DNA from: Microthyrium microscopicum
Taxonomy: Eukaryota
Reading direction: 5' to 3'
DNA length: 64,000 nucleotides
Assembly (NCBI GenBank): GCA_010405405.1
Contig: MU004235.1
Span: forward strand, 1,502,538 to 1,566,537
Shown piece by piece: positions 12,090-23,388 of this stretch (positions are counted from its first letter, which is position 1; each line of letters starts with the position of its first letter). The notes beneath the pieces are model-generated. The model did not search any database, was not told the origin of the DNA, and was given only the letters and a program-made list of their open reading frames with translations. The position numbers were made by a program, and so were the translations under genes.

Positions 12090-13511
12090 CTACCTATCCT
12101 CCTCCTTCTTAACCAAAGCTCCCCCAAATAAATCCTCCCCCTCCCGCTCTGCCTTCTCTCTCGCCAGCCTCCTCTTCTTCGCAACACCCTCCTCCACCGC
12201 TCCATCCGCAGTCCCACCCCTTTTTGTCGCCGCGTTCATCCGCACCAAATCAACCTTATCCGGATTACTGCAATACTTGAGTTTGCGATCCACACGCGCC
12301 GCCTCTTTCTTACTCGCGCTCACTGCTGTCCTTTGCAAGACCTCTGCGCATGCTTCTATCTCATCGAGAATTCTGTCCACCGTTGGTTTGTCCCGCTGAT
12401 CAGCAGGCAGTCGAGATGCGGGAGGCGGTGGGACAACAGAAAGTTTCGAAACGACGAGATCTTGTGCAATGGCAGAGTCCGCTAACCACAGCGCGGCGAG
12501 CATAATTTGGCTCGGCGTATAGAGAAAATAGGCGTCGGACAGGACAGCGCTCCCTTGTAGCCGATCCCTCGCCGTATAATAAGCCTTCTCACACCTCTCC
12601 CTGAACTTATTCGGCGCGCCATACTTGTCACTCAAATGTCTCCTAATCTGTCCCTCAATGCCGCCTTTCCAACTCTTCGGCGCCTCATCGCCCCGAACCA
12701 AATCCAACAACACCTCCAACTCCAGCTTCGCCCCCTTCAAACCCCTCGTCGGATGCCGCACGTCGAAGCAGAACCGTAGCCCCTGAATGATAATGTATTC
12801 CGGCGCAAGCAGTTCTTCAAGGGTGGTATTTTCGAGGCCGGGAACGGAGGTGAGAGAAGTAACGAATTCGGTGGCGGTGGCGTGTGCGCCTTCGGACTTT
12901 TGCGCGATGTAGAGGGCGGTTATCATTATAGATTTTGGGTGGTAGGACATTACGGAGTTAGTTAGGTAGAAGCGGCGCATGTACTGGACTGCTGTTGCCT
13001 GGGTGGGGTAGGTTAGCGAGCGGGATCTCTTTGGGGAGGAAGGGTGAATCTGTGGTGAAAGGATTGGAGAGAGGAAAGATGAAGTAGATGATATTGGGTA
13101 GAGGAAGCTTGGGGGAGGGAGTGTACATACAGCAATGGTATTATTATATCGTTCCGTGAAAGGCGACTGTTCCATCATACTCATAAGTTGCGAACAGAAG
13201 AAGTCAATAAGCACAAGCTCCTCCTCCACCGTGAGAAAATCAATTTCTGGATAGCCATCGGCGCCTATATTTCTGTTCGCCGGAGTTCCATTGCCCGTGG
13301 CGGGTGTTCCAGAGCCACCATTTGCTGGTGTTCCAGAACCATGGCTCTCAGGAACGGCAGATCCGGTTTCTCGTTTTCGTTTTAAGGCATTGAGCACATT
13401 TTTTTTGGCCCGTTCGTTCGTTTTTTGTCGTAAACTTGCTAGATTTTGGGGCGTGAAGTTCCAGAGGCGGTATTGTGATGAGGAGCGGTATAGTTCATCT
13501 TCTGTGGGCAT
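12090..13511 (-). CDS. CCL1: Cyclin H / TFIIK cyclin Ccl1
   Basis: MPTEDELYRSSSQYRLWNFT, FLTVEEELVLIDFF, ATAVQYMRRFYLTNSVMSYHPKSIMITALYIAQKSE, EYIIIQGLRFCFDVRHP and DAYFLYTPSQIMLAAL are cyclin H signatures. Probable in-frame intron at 12999-13130. Confidence 0.93.
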   Translation of the reverse strand: MPTEDELYRSSSQYRLWNFTPQNLASLRQKTNERAKKNVLNALKRKRETGSAVPESHGSGTPANGGSGTPATGNGTPANRNIGADGYPEIDFLTVEEELVLIDFFCSQLMSMMEQSPFTERYNNTIAVCTLPPPSFLYPISSTSSFLSPILSPQIHPSSPKRSRSLTYPTQATAVQYMRRFYLTNSVMSYHPKSIMITALYIAQKSEGAHATATEFVTSLTSVPGLENTTLEELLAPEYIIIQGLRFCFDVRHPTRGLKGAKLELEVLLDLVRGDEAPKSWKGGIEGQIRRHLSDKYGAPNKFRERCEKAYYTARDRLQGSAVLSDAYFLYTPSQIMLAALWLADSAIAQDLVVSKLSVVPPPPASRLPADQRDKPTVDRILDEIEACAEVLQRTAVSASKKEAARVDRKLKYCSNPDKVDLVRMNAATKRGGTADGAVEEGVAKKRRLAREKAEREGEDLFGGALVKKEEDR

Positions 13512-13935
13512 TTCGATCGGTGTTTTCTGGCAAATTTATGAGTGGGGAGATTATGAACGTGCCGACTATGCTGGCGGGGAGTATGAAGCGGAATATGGTG
13601 AGTTATGGGGAGTGGAATGTTGACATGTACACGATTAAATGGCGATGCTGAGGCGTTGAAGTTAAGTTTAGGACGCCACCATTACAGGGGTCCTCGCTCT
13701 TGTCCCACGCTAGTTCGACCGTTCCATTTTTGGCAGCGACAGCTTGAGCATAGCCAATATTCTGATATACGTAGATGAGAAGGTGATATTGAGATCGTTT
13801 TGAATATGCAAGTGGTTTCCGGGTATTTGAACACTAGAAACTTGGTCTGAGTTTAGACATTGAAAACAGTTCTGATGCTCTGCAACGCTACAATCCATTA
13901 TCTAATTGCTATAGTTATACAGTGTCTGGCATCCA

Positions 13936-15426
13936 TTACAAGTACAATCCCTCTGGCTCCCCCTCACTCTTCGTTTTCAGCACACGTTCGCGAGCAGTAC
14001 GGAAATCTTCCATATTCACTCTCATTCTTCGTTCACGGAGAGCCATAAGACCTGCCTCTGAGCAGATGGCTTTGATATCAGCACCAGAGAGATCATCCTT
14101 TTGGTTGATGAATTCGTCGAGATCGACATCCTCGTTCAAGGACATCTTTGAGGTATGGAGAGTGAAGATCTTCTTCTTTGTGTTCTCTGTGAAATGAATT
14201 AGCATCAAGTTTGAAAGTAGTGAATGGTAAAGGCTTACGGTCTGGGTTCTCGAAGAGAATCTTTCGATCAATTCGACCAGGGCGGATCAAAGCTGGATCA
14301 AGAGTTTCAATCTTGTTAGTGGCCATGATGACCTTGACGTCACCACGGTCATCGAAACCATCGAGCTGATTGAGCAACTCCAACATAGTTCGCTGAATTT
14401 CACGTTCACCTCCTGATGTTGACTCGTATCGTTTTGTACCAATGGCATCAATCTCGTCGATGAACACAATGGAAGGCGCATGCTCAGCAGCAACCTGGAA
14501 GAGTTGGCGGACAAGTCGTGGACCATCACCAAGATACTTTTGGATAAGTTCACTTCCAACGATACGCAAGAAGGTGGCGCTGGTCGAGTTTGCTACGGCT
14601 TTGGCGAGCAAAGTTTTGCCGGTTCCTGGAGCACCATAAAGAATTACACCCTTCGGAGGCTTGATACCCATCTCCTCATACAACTCCGGATGAAGAAGAG
14701 GAAGTTCGACTGCCTCTCGCACCTCTTGAATCTGTTGCTCCAGACCTCCGATATCCGCATACGACTCTGTGGGAGCCTTGTCCAGTTTCATCACAGAAAC
14801 CGAAGGATCTGCATCATCCGTCAAAACACCCACAACAGCGACCGACTTGTGATGTAAGAGAATAGAAGCACCGGGTTCGAGGAGGTCTTTGTCAACAAAC
14901 GACATGATCGAGACGTAATACTCAGGACCAGTGGCGCTTGACACGATGGCGTGATCATCATCAATAAGTTCTTCCAGATTTCCAACGCCCATGGGACTTC
15001 CTCTTATGTCATCCACACGGCTGCGCTCATCTGCATTTCGATCGGCTGCTTCGCCATCGACGTTGGCGGCTGCCGGGGCTGTTTCCTTGGTCTTGGCTTT
15101 GCGGTATTGCTCTTGGTTTTCGACGTATTCTTCTTCGAGTAGAAGATGGTCGTGGATGCGCTGCATTCGCAAGTATCGTAGCTTGCAGCGAGCCGATGGA
15201 TAGACAGCTGGAAGCTTTGCGGAAGCACTTGGGCCGGCGGCCTTCTTTTTGCGACGACCGATGCGGGTGGTAGGCTGTGGCGGAGGTTCGTACTTTGGCT
15301 TATCTTTCTACAAGGGAGCGTTAGAATTGGCTGTAATGGACGAGAATTTGGACGATATACCTTGTCTTTCTTGTCCTTTCCATCACCAGCGCCTCCGCCG
15401 GGCATGTTGGATTGAGCGTTACCCAT
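13936..15426 (-). CDS. RPT2: 26S proteasome regulatory AAA-ATPase subunit 4 (Rpt2/PSMC1); 3 exons
   Basis: Myristoylation-type start MGNAQS, Walker A GAPGTGKT, Walker [24 protein letters not shown]-terminal PEGLYL. Introns 15308-15360 and 14187-14238. Confidence 0.97.
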
Positions 15427-15931
15427 TGCTCAGTCAGAGGTGAGAGCGTATTACGATCAGAACGTAGTATGTAGGAGGTCAAGCGGATGTTGAGGAAGGA
15501 TGGGAAAGTGATGGCTGGTACACTAGAGGGTGAAGGGGATGAGAAACTGAGTGTTGATGGAAGCAACCAGACCAGAGTCGTTGAGTCGTCAGCAGCGTGC
15601 CTGGAGCTTGGAAGCCGCGACCCAAACAAGCGCGTATGTAAGGCGCTTCTGGCGGCTAATATCGTACCGATCTTGCCGTGTCGGGGCCGATAACAAGCAG
15701 TCGCGTCTGAGCTTCGGCGTGGGGTCCTTGCCGTATTTTAGATCCCTTCCGAGTCTCTCCTTCCCATGTCCGGTGTCGAGCTTGGCTTTGGCATCATGCT
15801 TCTGTCTCTATTCACCAACATTAGACGCCCACCCCCAACACTACAATCCCCTATCACAAGATTCACTAGGTGCCCATAAACACTTCCCAGCTCTTAGCTC
15901 TATCTTCCGTGTCACTTTATTCCTATGTAAC

Positions 15932-15945
15932 GTGGCTTTGCCACA
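15932..15945. promoter_or_regulatory. Candidate Rpn4/PACE-like site in the divergent RPT2-UBC1 promoter
   Basis: GTGGCTTTGCCAC is an inverted repeat. Its reverse strand contains TGTGGCAAA, an 8/9 match to the yeast PACE element GGTGGCAAA. Confidence 0.35.
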
Positions 15946-16267
15946 GCCTGATCTTCCCCTCACCATATCTTGGTACCAAATCCCCAGCTCCGCCTTACGC
16001 TTCCCAGGCATTCTGCAGCCCAACCAGAACAGTCACACAAATCTGTAACTCGTGGAGACTTTTACACATCATATACTCCCATAGTTGCGGCTCGCAGTGT
16101 AACCTACATCGAACTAGGTCGTTGTCACACGCCATATTCCAACAGCTGCCTGCCCCGCTGCCTACAAGTCAACCCTTTCTTCGACATTGTACGCTCAACT
16201 TCCACCGCTCTGCCACCCATCAACTCTTATCAAAACTGCTGGACATCGCCACTTGTTAGCTTCCGCC

Positions 16268-17113
16268 ATGGCTTCAGCGCGGGCCAAGCGCATCAACAAG
16301 GAGATTCTCGAAGCTAAGAAGGACACAGACTCCAAGATTGAAATCGAAGTCCTTAGAGATGACCTGAACAATCTTCGAGGCCGCTTCCCGGGGCCTCCAG
16401 ATACCCCCTACGAAGGCGGCATATACAGTGTGGAGATCAAGATACCCTCCGAGTATCCATTTCGGCCGCCAAAGATGAAGTTCGAGACCAAGGTGTGGCA
16501 TCCAAATGTCAGCAGTGTCACCGTAAGTTCCCCCAAATTCCCAGGCTCTATTCTGAGTATATACTGACTGTGTCCATCAATCAGGGGGCAATCTGTCTCG
16601 ATACACTATCATCCGGCTGGTCCCCAGTCCTAACCGTCAAATCCGCCCTAATGATGCTCCAATCCCTCCTCGCCTCACCAGAACCCAAAGATCCCCAAGA
16701 CGCCGAAGTGGCCAGCATGATGATTAAGCATCCTAAGGAGTTTGAACACCGCGCGCGCGAGTGGGCGGTCCTACATGCAGGTGCTCCTCGGAAAGAGGAA
16801 GGCGAATCTAGTGGTGGTGCCGACCCGCATGTAGCGAAGAAGACGCAGCAGGCAAAGGAAAAGACGAAGCCAGATGCAGCACAGTATGTTAAGCCCCTTT
16901 TGCTGTTAATGGTGGAACGTGGACTGATTATTTTGCAGATACCGTGGCTACAACAAAGACCTTATTGACAGATTCTGCGCTATGGGCTTCGAGGTGCCGC
17001 AAGTCGTTGCCGCGTTTGAATATGTTGGTATTGATAAGATGGATGGGATGGACTATGAGCTCGAAGAAGCATACATGGGCGATATCACCGCCCGTCTGTT
17101 CGGTGAGCCGTGA
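16268..17113 (+). CDS. UBC1: Ubiquitin-conjugating enzyme E2 with C-terminal UBA domain (Ubc1/E2-25K); 3 exons
   Basis: MASARAKRINKEI...GPPDTPYEGG...YPFRPPKMKFETKVWHPNVSSVT|GAICLDTL (active-site Cys)...PEPKDPQDAEVA, then UBA YNKDLIDRFCAMGF. Introns 16523-16584 and 16884-16938. Confidence 0.96.
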
Positions 17114-19120
17114 CGAAATCCCGCCATTGGAATCTGTGAGTGGAAAGGGGACGGGACGATGGAGAAATAGAGCAAGTAAGTCAAAGCTTGCCCGAGTTCA
17201 AGCCTCGGAATACGAATTCAATGAAGATCAGCCGGAGTTTTCTTGTTACCCCTATGCATTAGATTCAGTCATTGGCCATTTGAAGGCGTACTGCTGTTGT
17301 TCATATATCTGAGTAGTCAATGCTCTTGTTTATTCTTTCATAATTACTACAGTGCTATCATTTGTACTTCTTCCTATGTTGATGTGTAGTTACATTCTAT
17401 CTTTAAACACGCTTAATCCATGAAGAAGGAGGATCAAATCCTGATTAGCGATTAATATGGTGGAAAGATTTAGTAAGTGGCACTATCTTATCAACTTTGC
17501 TGACTATCTGACTGCTAACGATTTCTGATATAGAGCGGCCTTTGAGGAGGACGGGACGTACATTTCATTCTCAACATCCGGTTGCATTGGCTATCTTCGT
17601 TTCCAGTATACACTACAATCGAGGCTCTCACTGGACTAATACTCGCCATTGAGACTCACATTAAGCGGTTACGCAAAACTTCCCTGGCCACCAAAGAGAT
17701 TCCCAGACCAGCTACCAACCCAACAATTTATGCTTTGCGACTCTTGTTTCTAGGCTACTGGATATACGCCCACCAGAAGTGACCCCGATGGTGGCATAAA
17801 CATAGCATCGCTTGTCAAGGATATGGGCCCGTAGTTGTGATAAGGCGGCATCCTTCTACTTAAGTTTTCTTCGGCTTGTGATAAGAGTATAACCACGGAA
17901 GTGGTGATCTCCTACCTTATGTACTGGCAATTCCTACAAGTACATCTTGGCTGACCATATCCCAGAGCGATATGTCAGAAGACTTTCCATCTCATTCACG
18001 TGCAGTACCAGATATGGTGATGAGTCCTATCTTCCACCCCAGCTTGTCACCACACACTGAAGCTTTTCAGTCCCTCTGATCAAGTCTAGTTCTTTCTGTT
18101 CTAACAGTCCGTACCTAGGATCAGCACGCGTCCGGTGTCATGGTCATTTGACGATAAGCAACTCCTGCGTCTTTGGAGTTTGTCAGTGACTCTGGTAACT
18201 CTGGCTCGTGGGGACGTGTTTACTCTTCCCTATCGTTACAATACAACTTTTTCGATTTAGCGCTGCGTTCTGGAGCTTTGTGACTGTCCGAAGTCATAAT
18301 TTAAGAAGTCAAAGAGCCTTTTCAGGTCGAGAATCTGCCAGTGACTTTGGTCACTGATATATCGGGGCCATGGGCTGTGATCGGTGTTCCGTTATCCATT
18401 CCTAGAACACGACTACTCTATTCTAGCGTCGCGCTCCAGAGGTAGATTTACAGGCGGTCGTGAGACTTCTGCTCTGTTGGTGGTGGCCAGCGACCTTGGG
18501 ATTGGATTTGTGGTGGAGCTGTCACTGCTGTTTCACCTCACGACCTCGACCATGGGCCTCTTCGGTCACTCTATAAGGCTTCCCAGTCCTCTTACTCCGA
18601 TGGGGGGCTACCCTCTGCACCTTGTTACGGCTGCAACCGAACTTACGATATGCGTTCCTGGTAAAGCCGTCACTGCTCTTCCACCTCACCACCTCCACAA
18701 CTGGCCTCCTCAGTCACTCCATACGGCTCTCCCAGTACACCTCCCCCTCGAAGTACCTGCTCCGAAGCTTTTTATTGTCTACTACATAAGCCCGCCCATT
18801 GATTTCGTTTCTCAATCCTTTTCCTCCCTCCTCTTCTCCCCAGAACCTGCCCCCGTCCCAAAATTTGTCTTGCTAAACCAAATCTCTCCATATTACCAGC
18901 ATACTGCAGGCTCTTTACAATTTTTCTCTATTTACCTCCATCACACCACATTTCTCCCTCCCATATTTGCACTGGCTGCTGCTAGTGACGCCAGCCGCCC
19001 ATCGTTGCCATCGCGCAACAACAAACTACACCACCAACACCTCTCTTCCCCATCTCTTCGCGCGCCTAATTCTTCGCGCGTTCCATCCTCACGATCGGAT
19101 TCATAGCAGCCTTGCACAAG

Positions 19121-21580
19121 ATGTTTGGTGCTATTCTTATCTCGCTGTCATGGCGCTTCCTACAGGCCGTCGCGTTCTGGGCGCTTCTGTCTCTCTTCTT
19201 GTTGGGTAGCGCAATGGATACGCCTTCTCGTGAGGGTGATTCCAATCCTACTTCCTCTACGGCTGAGTCCAAAGATTCTTCGACGAACTCGCCTAAAGAG
19301 GCCAATGCTATTTCTTCTTCCAACGAAAAGCCCAAAGAGGCTACCCAGCACGATCAGTCATGGCGTGTTTACATGGACTATGAAAATTCCATGTATAACA
19401 CTTCCTCATCGATGGTCGCTGTTTCTGAAGATCGCAAGGGCTCCGTTCCTGGATCTAGCGATAGTGGATACAAATCCGGCGACGACAAGAAACACGCCAT
19501 AGGATTAAATGGCCTCATTTGGGAGGAGCATTCAAAGACCATGGAAGCGGCTGTTGAGGAGCGGCGCAAGGAAGATGCTTTTTCTATTGTCCAGCTTAAA
19601 ACCCAACTCACACGACTCGAAGGCGATGCCGTGGAACGCGAAGGCCGTGTCGAATTCCTCGAGCAAAACATCCTCAAACTGATGTTAGACCTCCAACAGG
19701 AGCAAGTAAGCTCGGCGAAGAAGGATGAACATCTCTCCCTACTCCAGAAGGAGTTTGAGGAGAAAAAGGAAATCTTGGCCAAGAAGGCATACCGTGTCGT
19801 CGAACTTGAAGTGCATGCTGTCCTGGTCGAAGACCATGCCATCCAGCTATTCGAAGAGCTCCGACAGGAACGCGAAAAGCCAAAAGATGCTGCCCAGCTA
19901 GAAGAACAGGTCACCCAGCTCAAGAAAGAGGCCATCCAGCTTGAAGTGAACGCCTTCCAATATTTACAAGAGCTCCAGGATGAGCAAAATAAGTCGATAA
20001 AGAAGGAAGGAGAGCATGATCAAGATTATGTCATATGGCAGCAGAAGCATGACAAGCTCCAAATCCGTCATGACATGTACAAGAAGGTCTATGAAGGCGC
20101 GCTAAAATCGACAGATTCGTTGAAAGACCAAGTCAAACTCAACGAGGCTTCCATTACATCACTCCAAAAGGACAATAGTCAACTCAAGAATGACCTCATG
20201 GCTAAAGATGTCCAGATTGCTGGATTGAAGGCTAGCATCCAGGAGCTTCAGAATAGACCAGTTTTCCAGAAGGCTGATAGCCCAGAGGCCAATGGTTCAG
20301 AAATTGCCGAACTACGAGCTCGCATCCAGGTGTTTGAGAACACTGCTCCACAGGGCCTGATTCGTCTCAAAGATAACAAGATAAGTCGCCTCGAGCAAGA
20401 TGTGAAGCAGCTCCATGAGAAGCAACTCCACGCAGAGACCTCAGAGACTGCCATGCTCCATGCAGGACTTCTCCGCCTGTTGGCAGAACAAAAAGAGAAG
20501 CTACGTCTAGGAGCCAGCAAGCTCCGAGCAAGCATTGAAAGCGAAGTAGAGGCGAAGCTCAAATATGCTCAGCTTAAAAAGTTCATCGAGCATGCTCTTC
20601 ATGACACACTAGAATCGGCTGAAGAGTGCAAGACTCGCGCCAGCGAGTTCTTGGAAGTCGCAGAGACCACGTCGGTCTTTGATGCTAGTGCCTCTGCATA
20701 TCTTGAGTTCTTCGTCTCCGGTCTCGGTAACTTCGGTAAGACCTTGACAGACGCATTCGAGTTGCTGATGGACAAAAATGAGGAGATGGCCAACAATGTA
20801 GCCCCACTCATCAAGGGATTCGTCTTTCGCATTGATTGTCTCACCAAGGAGAATAGATGGCTTCGAGACGATAGTGCTTACACCAAAAACATGAACGAGC
20901 TCCTCCGAAAAGATAACGCCAAGTACAAGGCCAACGAGGAGAATAATACCTTCCTGCTTGCGCTCAAAGCTGAAAAGGACCGCCTGCAGGATTTCTGTCG
21001 TTGGCTCGTGGCTCAGCACATTGAAGACGGAGAGCTACTCCGGGCTAACGAGTTCTATGAAGACAATCTTCAATTGCAGGAAAATGTCGATCATCTACTA
21101 GAGGAAATCCGACGAGTTCGCGAAGACTTCTGGAATCTGAATATTGCAGCCGAGCAATATCGCGAGCTCTATGAAAACCTTGCTACTCAGTGGAACGCGC
21201 TGTTCACACAAGCGCCCCCTCCCTCTGATGGTATTCAGCCTACGGCAGCACAAGATGTGGCTACTCAAGCAGACGGTCAAAACCAACAATCTTACCCACC
21301 ACCCGGGCAAGACATGAGTTCTGATCAGTACCCAAATGGGCATGTCCATGATGATGGTAACGGCCAGCGCAGTAACCCAGACTTGTCCAATGCTCAAACT
21401 CAAGATTATAGCAGCTTTGATGGACCCACTGCACAAGAACTCTACGAGCAATTGAGCAATTTCCCTTCGGACCAAAATGAGGTGTACCCCATAGACGAGA
21501 ATGATGAATTGTCAGAAGGGGGCACTGAGGAGGGGGATTCTGAAGAGGAGGGTTTTGAAAAAGAAACTTTTCAAGAATAA
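19121..21580 (+). CDS. Orphan coiled-coil protein with N-terminal hydrophobic anchor and DSGYKS motif (family member A)
   Basis: Intronless ~820 aa ORF: hydrophobic N-terminus, Ser-rich linker, SSDSGYKS, long E/K/L/Q heptad region, Q/S/D-rich tail. Confidence 0.75.
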   Translation: MFGAILISLSWRFLQAVAFWALLSLFLLGSAMDTPSREGDSNPTSSTAESKDSSTNSPKEANAISSSNEKPKEATQHDQSWRVYMDYENSMYNTSSSMVAVSEDRKGSVPGSSDSGYKSGDDKKHAIGLNGLIWEEHSKTMEAAVEERRKEDAFSIVQLKTQLTRLEGDAVEREGRVEFLEQNILKLMLDLQQEQVSSAKKDEHLSLLQKEFEEKKEILAKKAYRVVELEVHAVLVEDHAIQLFEELRQEREKPKDAAQLEEQVTQLKKEAIQLEVNAFQYLQELQDEQNKSIKKEGEHDQDYVIWQQKHDKLQIRHDMYKKVYEGALKSTDSLKDQVKLNEASITSLQKDNSQLKNDLMAKDVQIAGLKASIQELQNRPVFQKADSPEANGSEIAELRARIQVFENTAPQGLIRLKDNKISRLEQDVKQLHEKQLHAETSETAMLHAGLLRLLAEQKEKLRLGASKLRASIESEVEAKLKYAQLKKFIEHALHDTLESAEECKTRASEFLEVAETTSVFDASASAYLEFFVSGLGNFGKTLTDAFELLMDKNEEMANNVAPLIKGFVFRIDCLTKENRWLRDDSAYTKNMNELLRKDNAKYKANEENNTFLLALKAEKDRLQDFCRWLVAQHIEDGELLRANEFYEDNLQLQENVDHLLEEIRRVREDFWNLNIAAEQYRELYENLATQWNALFTQAPPPSDGIQPTAAQDVATQADGQNQQSYPPPGQDMSSDQYPNGHVHDDGNGQRSNPDLSNAQTQDYSSFDGPTAQELYEQLSNFPSDQNEVYPIDENDELSEGGTEEGDSEEEGFEKETFQE

Positions 21581-21592
21581 TTCTCTGGAGCA

Positions 21593-21743
21593 GCGGATGC
21601 TGAAGAAGCAGATGCTGAAGGATAGGTCTCCGAAGATGATGATGCTGAGGAACAAGGCCCTGAAGATGATGATGATGAGGAACAGGACCCTGCAAGAGAA
21701 ACTTCCCGAACTAGCGGATGCTGAAGAAGCAGATGCTGAAGGA
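21593..21743 (+). repeat. 30-bp direct repeat (gcggatgctgaagaagcagatgctgaagga) in the degenerate acidic tail past the stop
   Basis: Identical copies at ~21593-21622 and ~21714-21743, in different reading frames. Confidence 0.85.
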
Positions 21744-23388
21744 GAGATCTCAAAGGGATGGAACTCGGAGGAAGGGGAATCTGCGGAGGACGTCTCTCAA
21801 GACGATATTCTAGAAGAGTTTGGATCCTGAAGGCAAAGAAGAAGAAGATGAAGACATGCTCCGGGTTGTTGCTCAGAGGAAACGAGTCCCTTGTCATTTG
21901 GCGACTTTCCTCGCAAGCCTGACAGTATCTCGATCCTAGTTCTCAGTCTTTGAAATTTATTATGCATTAAAAGTAGGTGGAGCCGCTCAAGTTTACGACG
22001 AACACGCCATTCTTACCCCGATTCTGCTTTGTTTTCTTTTTGGCTCGATTTGTCGAAGTGTTCTTACACATATGTCCTTATTATGATCAATTGTTGGGTT
22101 GGAGCCATCAGGCTGGGACAGGGACTGCATGGAATAGGAGTTTGATATTTAGATATCCCTTGGTTTAGATTATATTTATGGAACCACTTGCTTCCAATCA
22201 AAGTTCCTGGGTCAATGTGAAGTACTGATATACAGAGAGTAGTCTCGCTTGTCCTGAATTCTTCAATTTCGTTTCAAATGTAGCCACTCATATACAAACA
22301 GTCTCATAGAAATCAGCAAAAATATATAGAGCTACTCTCGAGTAAGGCTCACAATCAGCCTCTCGCACTCGAATACGAAGTAATGATTGGCTTGTGCCGA
22401 AGAGAGATATAGGCGGCTGAGACCCGTATTAGAATGTACTAAATGGCGAGGGCATTAGCCAACGAGACACAAAGAAGAAATCAACCACAGCTACATTGAT
22501 TATGAACATCATGTCACTTGACATCTTCAAACAGGTCGAGTGAAGCAGTTTTCTGTAGGTCGTTGTGCGCAACCTTGCTAAGAATATCGATGTTTGACAT
22601 GTCAACAAACAGATCGATCATGCGGATGCTGAGACTCATATCTTCTGACTATGTGCTCTCTCCTGTCAAACTGCAGAGATTGTCAAGGAATGGGCTAGAA
22701 GTAACAGGAATGGCCAAGAGCTGCTCATGGAGCTACCTCACGGGCATCATGGCGGCATATCCAGCGTTTGTCTCTACTTTTATGCGCTTATACATCGCAC
22801 AGTCGCGGTTTCTCTGGAAGCCATCAAACTTCACGGCACTAAAATTTGGCTCTACCCACCAGAACAGTCTTTGCACTCTGGTCTACGCCTAGACTTTTCA
22901 ATAGTAAGCATCTGCATTCTACTTAACAATAACTAGGGCAAGCAGAACTCATAAACTAGCAAGACCTGACTTTCTAGTTCCCCCTAGCCTTCGAATTATC
23001 ACGATCACTGAGAGCAGAAACTTTTGTTGGGACGCCTTCTGATTCCGAAGTATATTCTATCTAATCGATGACTGAATTTCCAATTGCCGCTCGAAAGCCT
23101 GTCAATGCCTTTGATCTACCCATGTTGAAACTGGTTGTTATGCTGTCGCCGAGTACTTGGAGGATAGTAGCATTATTGTGCACTGGAGGACTGACCATAC
23201 TAGCAACCATCATGGGAGACTGAGCTATCGGCGGTCTGTTGACTGCTCGAATCACCATATGGCGTGTAAGAAGATTGGAATTGAGCAGCCGTGGCATGAC
23301 CGTAGTCTTTCTGGTTCTGCTGGAAATTATGCGAGGACTGTGGCACATCGTAGTTGGACCGCCCAGAGTGCTGACTAGTAGGAGCATC

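Noticed and set aside
12090..17113. CCL1-RPT2-UBC1 (and AOS1) as a novel functional cluster
   Set aside because: Ordinary housekeeping neighbours; only the shared RPT2-UBC1 promoter is noteworthy.
18384..19106. 240 aa ORF upstream of family member A
   Set aside because: Non-ATG start and a Pro/Leu/Ser/His composition reflecting a C/T-rich promoter and 5' UTR; no recognisable motif.
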